In this document: positions 54,037 through 64,000 of the stretch, in pieces | Position numbering within the stretch: position 1 is the first letter of the stretch | How the letters are laid out: the number at the start of each line of letters is the position of its first letter | Source: Octopus vulgaris | Taxonomy: Eukaryota | Direction of reading: 5' to 3' | NCBI GenBank assembly: GCA_951406725.2 | Contig: OX597815.1 | Span: 90,334,001 to 90,398,000 of the forward strand | Length of the DNA stretch: 64,000 bases | Position numbers and translations under genes: made by a program | Notes under the pieces: generated by a model | Databases searched by the model: none | Seen by the model: only the letters and a program-made list of their open reading frames with translations | Told to the model about the DNA's origin: nothing

Positions 54037-54100
<64 letters not shown>

Positions 54101-54105
54101 GTGTG

Positions 54106-54181
<76 letters not shown>

Positions 54182-54220
54182 TATACATACATAAAGAGAG
54201 ACAGACAGACAGACAGACAG
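54037..54220. repeat. (TA)n / (GACA)n microsatellite flanking the array on the right
   Basis: Direct sequence. Confidence 0.95.
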
Positions 54221-54533
54221 ATTCTAGGCCATTCTTTTTTCAGGCTTATATTTCATCGTCAAAGGGAAAATAACTCTAATTCTCCCAACTCCTTTTGCTT
54301 CTTTCTGTTTTCTTTTCCATTTTCCACTTTTTCCGTCTTCTAGCTTTTATATTTATTTCTTGCTCGCCTTTTCTTGCTTTTTCTCTTATTCTACCCTCCT
54401 ATTTTTAGTTTGTTGACCCATGTGAACAGTGTTCAGACAGCAGAAGAGTTAACAAACACTGTCTGGCGTGCTTTCATTGCATGAAACTAATAATAGCACA
54501 TATAAACATATATTGTGTTTATTAAATAATAAT

Positions 54534-55217
54534 GGAGGGAAAGTCAAAAATTATCCGCACTTTCGCCATAACATATCTTTATTATTGCCACACTGTCTTC
54601 TGCGCATGCGTGCTTATAGTTGGTACTATTGCGGTCAGGTGATCGACGTTTGACCCTGGCAGCGCCATTGTTCTTTCTGTCTTTACTATGTAAGCATGGC
54701 TGCTCGACTAGCAATGTGCACCAAAGAAGAACAAGGAGCAATGATCCGATTTCTCCGGTTGGCAGGAATGTCAGGTGCTGAATTTCATAGAAGGCCTTTA
54801 GTATATTTGGTTAATGGTTTCAACAGTCTGGGCTGCCGTGTTTAGGTGTGCATTGTCATGCAATAACAAAACTTTCATCGAAATTAGGTTTCGGCGCTCG
54901 TGCGAATTACTGGCTTCAGTTCGTTGGCCAGCAAAACACTTATATCTTACACTGTTGGTCGCACACTTCTTTTCCAGCATTTGACTTACCTTCCGACGAG
55001 AAAAATCAGATCGCTTCTTTTTGTTCTTCTTTAGTGCAAATTGCTAGTGGAGCGGCATTGCTTACACTGTAAGGCCAGAAAACATGGCGCGATCAGGCTC
55101 AATCTTCGATCACGTGACCACAATAGCACCAACTATAACTACGCATGCGTAGAAGGCAGTGTGAGAATAATAAAGATATATTATGGCGAAAGTTTGGATT
55201 AATTCTGGCTTCCCTCG
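54534..55217. mobile_element. Mariner-derived fold-back element with ~250 bp inverted arms
   Basis: Both arms carry the mariner 5' end (MAARLAMCTKEEQGAMIRFL on +, AICTKEEQK on -); the centre has LLLHDNAH on -; ends ggaggg.../...ccctcg. Confidence 0.85.
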
Positions 55218-56439
55218 TGTATATGAGTGTGTGTGTGTGTGTGTGTATCAAATCTTTCTTCGGCCAAAAGTCATCATGTATTTTGAACTTGCTCCTTACG
55301 ATTCAAATTTGGAAGAGATTATTTGAGAAACAATTATCCCTCTAACATTTGTTCTCTAAGTTATAAATGGTCTTCAGGGGAAGCTTAAAAACCAATGTAA
55401 ATCAGTGCCGGTGCCGCCGGAGGTGAACACTTAATGTAAATAGATGAAATATGACTAAGTTTAAAACATATGGATACAATAATGCAATATCTTTCCAGAA
55501 GACATTCCGTTATGAAGTCAGTCGCAAGATTCATTAATATTCATGATAATTTGTACAGCCGAAATATGAACAGCGACAGCTGTGAAGAATTATGATACGA
55601 AAAATATTTTATTAACGTTCAAACGGTTCGTAAATATTCATAATTTTAGACTAATGGAAATCAAATGATGCTAGATTATCCTATAAAATAAAATATTTTT
55701 TGAAATATATAAAATTATACAATATGAAAAATAACACACCTAATAACGTACATAAAATATAAAGCAAACAATGGAAATAAAACCCTTTTTATAATGGGGT
55801 TTACGTATGTATATCCATTTATGAAACTGAAACTTCTTGTCGTTTCATCGCCTACTAAATATTCTGTAGTTAACTGCTACTGTGCGCTCACTTTTCCAAC
55901 AAATCTCTCTCTGATTTTATGAAATATTAGCGACTCACTCTTTCTACTGTATCTCTGAAGTGAGGAAAGTTGGGGTGAGCGCATGTGCGGGCGTATGATT
56001 TTCTGGTAGAAGAAGACATCTTCATAGCTGCTTCTTATATCACAGCTTAATAAAGCAATTTGATATTTGATGTAAGGTGAAGACAATCAATTTTAGTTGA
56101 TGTCAATGATTCACAATTCTGCAGGGAAAAAGAGCTGAACTTCTCTTAAATCACAACCTATCCTCTTAAATAAAGATATATCGGACGATATGTTTATAAT
56201 GTATAAACTTACGAAAAGCTTACGATTAGAAGGTCTTTTATTATAGCTATGTTCGATCAGGGTTTATAGACCTTCAAACAACAGCTGCCAACATTGTTTT
56301 AAGTTAATGAAATAAAGCTGTTACGCCCTCTTCGACTCGTTAGAAATAGGGAGCAAATTTATTTTCATTTACACCCTGTAACTAAACAAAAACCCATGAA
56401 CACATTCTTCGACGTACCCCTATGCAATGATGTATGATA

Positions 56440-56566
56440 TTGCATACATACGTATGTGTGTATGTGTGCATCATGTATATGTGCGTGTGCACCATGTATA
56501 TGTGCGTGTGCGTGTGTGTGTGCCTGCATGATGTACATGTATGTGCGTGTCTGTGTGTGTTCGTGC

Positions 56567-56601
<35 letters not shown>

Positions 56602-56628
56602 CTTATGTTCGCATGTATGTATATATGT
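56440..56628. repeat. Degenerate (TG)n tract
   Basis: Direct sequence. Confidence 0.9.
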
Positions 56629-57295
56629 TTCCTTGTAAATGGAAAAAAAGCAGTTCTGTCAAACCTGTTATAAGGAGAAAAGGCGACTATATTTGAAATT
56701 AAAATATCTCAAGTAGGAATTTTCATACTTTCTTATTCGTTGTTTGTACTTAGTTTAAAAGAATAGTATTATTCCCGAATCAGTTAGTGCATTAACGCTT
56801 GAATACCTTCACCTTCTTCTCATCGGAATGAAATGAGGGTAATTATTGTATTTGTTCGAGCGTCTTTGATGTCTGTTGGAACGGATTATGAGAATACTTT
56901 TATAACTGATGAAATCGTCGTCTCCAGATTTTAAATATATTGCAGTTCAGTCCTGATAAGTTTCACTATTTATTATATGTAAAGGGTATCTGTTTATTGA
57001 TTTTGGCTTATATATTACTCTAATAGAGACATCCATTGTTAAACTCTTCCCCTTTTGTAACACACCCATGATTACAAGACCTTAAAGCGGTGCTTCTCGT
57101 GTGTATATGTTGTCCATGTTTCGACCCAACATTTATGTTCGCTTAAGTGATGGAGACAAAGAAATTAGAGACTTTCATTTTCTTAAAGATAATCAGCATT
57201 GTTTTTCTCTCGTAACACTTGGAATATTGAACCATCATTGTTGATGCTTTACCGACAACCACGCTGAGTTCAGGACGAATAAATTTGTTCTTACA

Positions 57296-57337
57296 GCATG
57301 TAGTTCCACCGCAAATATAATAGGTGGAACTACATGC
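57296..57337. repeat. Perfect 15-bp inverted repeat with a 12-nt loop
   Basis: GCATGTAGTTCCACC-gcaaatataata-GGTGGAACTACATGC. Confidence 0.9.
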
Positions 57338-57638
57338 ATTTTCAACCTCGTGTTGATATCTGGCAGGTAGTTCTACAGATTATATCTTGCAAAGAGGATC
57401 ACACTGACGATCTATATATAAGTTGTGTAAGTAAAATTACGTAATTTATTGATAGTGAAACAATTGTTTGTGATTAATCTATATTTTTGATATTTTTCAT
57501 TTGTCTTGCTCGCTTACGTTTCTGGTATGCTAAATTTTCTGGAGAACAATTCTTAGTGGTTGAGACCATAGCGGATCTTCTTCCAGCATAAGCGTTTCCA
57601 CATAGTGGTTAAAAAATTCCCCTCTTATATTTATGTAT

Positions 57639-57679
<41 letters not shown>

Positions 57680-58144
57680 TTACATATACATCGTTTGTAG
57701 AAAACATACATCCTAAAAAAGAACATACTCCAAGGTGTAGAGCAGTAAATATTAAAAATGGTGAAGGCCGGGTTATGGGATTACCTTATGTTTCCCGTCC
57801 ATAAAGAGTTTAGCTTTATGATCAAATCCCAAAACCTCTTCAAAATATGGAGGGGGAAATGCCTCACTACTCAAAGGTAACAATTGGAGATTATATATAA
57901 AATCTATCCTCCTTCCTCCACTATTCCTGGGAGGGTCAGAGTGGGTACAGTGCTCAGCCAATACCTTCATAGGGACCTGTGCATCCACAACTTAAGTAAG
58001 TGTAGCCAGAGATTGACTCGAACTACATATGTGTGTGTGTTTGTGTGTATGTGTGCGTGTGTATGTATGTGTGGGTGTGTATGTATGTGTATATGTATCT
58101 ATGTACATAGCTATGTATGCAGGCATGCATATAGATCTACATGC

Positions 58145-58392
<248 letters not shown>

Positions 58393-60094
58393 TTGATGCA
58401 TGTGTATACATGTATAATAGAAGTCCTTGGAACTAAATAAACAATCGATTGTCGAATCCTAAAATAGTCAAATGACGGATAGCTGCGTTAAAATATTGAT
58501 ATAAATGAAAGAAATTTCAAGTTATCTTCTTGTATTGAACACTTCGAATGTTTCGAAGAACTCCCTACAGGAATGCCTATGTTTGTCTCTGTGTGTTTGT
58601 GAGTGTGTGAGTGTCTATCTGTCTATTTGTCTGTCTGTTTGTATGTGCGCAAGTGAGTGTGTATTGGGAAGATTTTATGCGAGTGGTGGGAGTGTGAGGC
58701 ATATACACCAGAGCACATAACATTTTGAATCGAAATAAAATCGATTAATGGATGCAACAATTACATAATGTGAATCCCATGTAAAACTAACTTAATGGGA
58801 GCCTCTTACTATATGATGTAGTTCTGAAAACATGTTTAACAAAGCTACTGTCAGATGCTATCGGTGTGCAGAATACATTTCCAGAAAACCCGACAAATAT
58901 ATACAGATTCATAAAGAACGTAATTTAAAAGAAGTGTTATAATCCTTGAAAAGATCTAATAAAATGTGACTAACGGTTCATTTATCCCTTTGTTTAATTC
59001 AGAATATTTGTATACGCACAACCTGCTGTATACACAGAATGTAAACGAATATTTTAGATGGTCTTTTCTGAAAATGCATGTTACAGTTATGAGATGCTGT
59101 TGCTTAAGTGATACAGTCAGTACTATATACACTTCTATAAAATATCTTCTCATCCCATATTGTTATGCAACCATAAGTGTGCATAATATGCAGAATTCGA
59201 TCACAAAAGACATTGATGTATCATAAAGGTCTGTATTCTATTTTTTTACATTAAATCTTTATTGCTTTGCTTCAATCTCTGCTACATGTTAACACACCAT
59301 TTACTCCTTGCAATACTACGTCACATAGTGCGTGCGATGCTACACCAGAACTAAACCCCACCAAATTATAACATTATTTGCAATACTTAACATCTTGTGA
59401 CATCATACCCACCAAAAATTCTTTCACACTGCACAATATTATGAGACTAGATTTTATCCAAGTACGTAGTGGTTATACCGCATCACTTATCACATAATAC
59501 CTGTCACTAGACATGACTAAAGAAAAGTTAAGCAATTAGCACAACAATAGTAATTACAGTAATTCAAGCCTAATAACATGTCACGATATCTCTTCCATGC
59601 AAACAAACGCAAACAACAATATGCATTTACATAGTAATTATAACATATCGAATTCTAATCAAATACATTTTCTCACAAAACAGCTAAATTGTTTCTGTAA
59701 CATAGCGTTGTAAATAATCATGAAATCTGAACTCAGGGCGCATCTCTTCATTGTTATGGGAGCGATAAATAAAGTACCATTCTTGGGCATTGGATTAGCG
59801 TAATTTGTTAGCGCGTCGGATGACCTACCCGCGGTAACTATTCAAGTTGTCTTTGCACTGCGTTCAATCTCTTACAAGCTCTGAGAGAAGTTGTTAAAGC
59901 GGGCCACGACAAATATGGTCATCGGCATATTTCTATAATCTAAAAAGCTTCAACGCATGGATATTGTCATAGATATAGAAGTTTTGCTGAAGAAGTAGTA
60001 TAGAAATTGTCAGATGTTTCTATGTCCTCAGTGCGCAATAGTAGACTTTATTTTGAACTTCCCAGAAAAGCATAATTATTGTGTAGCCTAATAT

Positions 60095-60235
60095 AGATAT
60101 TGCCTTGCCACCACGAGTCCCATGTTCGATCCTACTGCGTGCTATCTTCGGTAAACATTATTTTCAATTACTCTGAAACGGTCCGTTCCATGTAATTGGT
60201 TAGACAGAAACTCCACAGAAACCCGTCGGATAGAT
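60095..60235 (+). mobile_element. Degenerate 5' half of SINE family B
   Basis: gttcgatcctactgcgtgctatcttcggtaa...ttggttagacagaaactccacagaaacccgtcg. Confidence 0.5.
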
Positions 60236-60484
60236 TACTCGTGTACTTCAAAAGTTACAATCCTGTCACACACACACACACACACACACACACCCATGGT
60301 CACAGTGATTCTACCTAATTGTTACTGCGTTTCTTCAATGAGCAGATACTGAGTAGGTAATTCACTTGATTGAAGATATATGCGTAGGATTAACCACAGA
60401 TACACACACACAAATACACTCAGACACACACACACAGTTAATACATACATATACAGTTAATAAATACATGGTAAATTCAAATTT

Positions 60485-60715
60485 TTATTTCTTTATTGCC
60501 CACAGGGAATAAACATAGAGGGGACAAACAAGGACAGACAAAGAGATTAAATCGATTACATCGACTCCTGTGCGTAAATGATACCTATTTCATCGACCCC
60601 AAAAGATAAAAGGTAAAGTCGACCTCGGCAGAATTTGAACTCAGAATGTAACAGCAGACGAAATACCACTAAGCGTTTCGCCCGGCGTGTTAACGATTCT
60701 GCGAGCTCGCTGCCC
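60485..60715 (-). mobile_element. SINE family A with a variant 3' tail
   Basis: gtcgacctcggcagaatttgaactcagaa...cccggcgtgttaacgattctgcgagctcgc; the tail (ttgcccacagggaataaacatagaggggacaaac) differs from the 45010 copy. Confidence 0.85.
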
Positions 60716-63137
60716 TATTTAAATGTTGACCAAGCAAGATTCAAATGCTGACCAAGTAGATTCAAATATTAACCAAGCAAGATCTTTTCTTCAACTCACT
60801 AAGTGCATGCAAATATTCCGAGAGTGCAAGAAGTCACTATGTGTGAATTTATTTCAGGTGCAAAAGTGTCGCTCAGCAACGAAGCCACTTTTCGGAGCAT
60901 TCAGCTATAAACCCACTGGTGCAACCGAAGCGGAGGCGATCAGAAGTGGAGTGCACTTCAAGTTGTTGTTGTTGTTTTGTTTTGTTTTTACAGGCGTTCA
61001 TTTTTCCTAGATGGAAATTCTATCGAGAAGTCGGTATGTTTCATACTCATTGGTTCACGCGAGTTCACCCAAATCTGGGACCATAACAGGTACTACTACT
61101 ACTCAGGGTCAGAGTAGATCAGGATGCAATATTGGGTAAGAGGTGGAACTATATTCCTCAAAGTCCTGGAACTATGGAACCAGAGTTAAAAACAATTGGC
61201 TGCAACTGACGAGGAACTGTGTGTCTGGGGGCGGGGTGTCTCCTACTCTGCAATTTATAGTAACGAAAGCAAAAGTTTCCTTTTTCGAATCACAGGAAAT
61301 TTGTATATTTCACAACCAGCATAAATAATCTCACAAAACCTGGAAATATAACTACGTGTTAAAACTATACTTGCTCCAACAATGAATTATTTACATACCA
61401 TCATTTGTGTGGTTAATTAGCCTGCTGGAAATAACAACTGACACCTGTCGTAAATCACACCCTACCTAACTAGGAAAAGACGAAAACTGGATAATTCAAT
61501 TTTAAATAGAACATCGTTAAATGAAAATGGAATCTCTATACCTGGAATGCATTTTATCTTACATCTGATCGATTATGAATTACTTAGGGGTAGGCACTAA
61601 CAAATCAACAAGGATTGTGCTGTCCATGTACACGAAAGGAATCTTAACATGTTACTACTTTACTTGCTGTAAGAAGAGTGAATCAACATCCCTAACTTCC
61701 TTAAATTGATTTTTTTTTCATTCACCATCCTTGCCTATGAAACAACTTATTTGTGTTCATTGTGCAATTTTCTAAACCTACAAAACTTTGGAACCGACTA
61801 AATATACTTTCATTTCCGTTGGGTATTTTATTAGTGTGTATCCAATGTTTTATAGATGGAGGCAATTACATAATGAGAATGGATTGATGAGTCGAGGGTA
61901 GGTGATAACAAACAGTGTTGTTTAAATCGATCTTCAAATTTTCAGGCTATTCCCTATATAGTAATCTGTGTTCTAAGTTCTGTTTCTAAATTTTCAAAAG
62001 TTTAAAACCGAATAAATATACTTCCATTCCCTTTAGGCAATTTATTATAATTTCATTAGTGATATAGTGACTGTGTAACAAACAACTTGGTAAAATAGCC
62101 CGGTATTTCGTACCTTATTTACTATTGTGTACTGCATTGATGTCTAAGTCGTCTGACAAGTGACTTGGTCGTGAATGCAGCTCACAATCCAGATTATAGT
62201 AATATAACTATTAATTAAATAAATGAATCTGTATGCTGACACTAAACTGTATATGCATGTTATTTTAAAAGGAAACTACACTGTCTAAGACTTCGAGCTA
62301 ATTTGTGTGTTAAAATATAAGCTTACATGTGTCGTCATATCGCTATAACTCCAGAGAGCAATGAAATAAACATGAATAATTATGGTAGTAATTGACAGTA
62401 ACTAAATAACAGTCTAAAAGGACAAAAATTGATGCAAATACTGTTAACATTCTAGACACTAAGTGAATATTCGAAATGCATAAAAATTGGCCAAGTCAAA
62501 ATGAAGATATTAGCTTCTGATTAGATACGTTGATCAATCATGGAAACTAATCTGATTAAGGTAGTTGATAGTCTCCGCATATTTGGTAATTAACACCGCG
62601 ATTATAAATTGCTCGGAAATTGTTCTCAACGAAAGCAGGCATGTAAACAGAGTTCATCTTAAATAAATTAAAATCATATGAGAAGCAAATTTTCATTTAA
62701 ATCACGTCAGTAATAAACCATAAAGATCAACATCAACAAAAATGCATGATGACTCTGATAAAACACATACAAAAAAAAATGATGGATCATAATGTTGTCT
62801 TCTAAGAAACTAATCACTTGTGAATTTCACTAGAATCTTCATATATAATTGATATCTGATTTTATCCTATTTTGAATATTATTTTAGCGAGGTTATAATC
62901 TCTGGAAATATGTGTATTGTGTTCGCCTCTCTGTCTAAGAAAACCTTTACTTCACTTACAAATATATGTTCAATGATATAGCAGTTCTACTAATACAGAC
63001 AGTGGTAGGATACCAATATTATGGTACCTACAAATAAGAGTGTAAATGATCTATACAGTGGTTATTATTTATATTTGAGATTATGAATGTTTGGCATGTT
63101 ACTTAATTTGAAATCCCACAGTGAAACTGAAAATACT

Positions 63138-63331
63138 GATTTCAAATTTTCGCACATGAACAACAATTTCCGTGGAGCGTATACATCGGTTACATCAACT
63201 CCAGTATTCAACTGGTACGTATTTTATCGACCCCGAAAAGATGTAACGCAAAAATCGACCTCAGTGGAATTTGAACTCAGGACATAAAGGCGGGCGAAAT
63301 GCCGCTAAGCATTCTGCCAGCTCTCCGCCTT
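63138..63331 (-). mobile_element. SINE family A
   Basis: aactggtacgtattttatcgaccccgaaaagatg...ggaatttgaactcag...ctgccagctctccgcc. Confidence 0.85.
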
Positions 63332-64000
63332 GAAGTTGAAATTATTGCATGCTGATAGAGCGATGATATCCATTTAAATCACGCACATACCGACATGTTG
63401 TATATTGTAATGGTATAATATAATACATTCAATAAAGTATTTTCTTGCACATTTACTATAAGGTCGTGGAAATAGTTCCATGAACGTGTTGTAGGTGTAT
63501 GGCAAAGTGATTCTACACCAAATACAATTACAATACAACCATTGTGAATATAATGCTGTGTTTCAATATAATGTCGTGTGTGCAATGTCGTGATACGTTA
63601 GAGATTTTCCTATATCTACAATATAACATAATTGATGAGATTAAAAATTTTCAGATATTGACTTTATCTTTCACCCTTTTAAGCCGTATAAAGGTATGCC
63701 TGTAATATACTGGTATGTGTACAATCGATTTTTATCCACTCTAAAAATTTCTTTGAACTATTTCAAAGAACTTAATATTTTATGATCCATTTAATTAACT
63801 GGCATAACTCACATAAACATTTCGTAATGACTGCTTTTATTAACTACTTGTGTCTCTACTTAGAACATTGAACAAATCTCTAAGCTGTTAAATTGTAATG
63901 CATAGAGTTATGTGATGAAAAGGTTATATCAAACATAATAAAACATATTTTATCATTATGCTCTTGTAATTCTATTTATATGTTTAACGGGTTGGCAGCA

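Larger units (their letters stand above)
51132..54040 (-). mobile_element. Retrozyme-like / non-autonomous PLE array: five 532-533 bp tandem units plus an inverted partial unit
   Basis: Units start at 51132, 51665, 52197, 52730 and 53263 (end 53795) and are >99% identical; 53795-54040 is the reverse complement of the unit junction; no ORF of 60 aa or more inside; hammerhead in each unit. Confidence 0.85.

Noticed and set aside
56900-56945. CTGATGA followed by an AATC/GATT stem
   Set aside because: GAAA is missing after the stem.
56700-57600. Possible RTE LINE remnant (VPTDIKDA on the minus strand)
   Set aside because: A single weak motif, too decayed to call without an alignment.

Overview
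AT-rich, microsatellite-dense eukaryotic (animal) DNA. The SINE families and repeat landscape point to an octopus/coleoid cephalopod genome (inference). There is no intact protein-coding gene; almost all ORFs in the track are translations of (TA)n/(CA)n/(TATG)n tracts or of decayed transposons. The window holds three tRNA-related SINE families in many copies, a 5'-truncated CR1/L2-type LINE, Dong/R4-type and Penelope-like (PLE) fragments, several Tc1/mariner relics (two with fold-back structure) and a Chapaev3-like fossil. The standout is a young array at 51132-54040: five near-identical 532-533 bp non-coding units plus a ~245 bp inverted copy, inserted in a (TA)n tract. Each unit carries a type I hammerhead ribozyme on the minus strand, the architecture of a retrozyme / non-autonomous PLE. 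A second (TA)n-embedded element (40415-40760) is a 140-bp-arm palindrome carrying a hammerhead-like motif with a G3-C8 swapped core. A third, decayed hammerhead lies at 47314-47368. All structures and coordinates were read by eye; no folding or database search was run.
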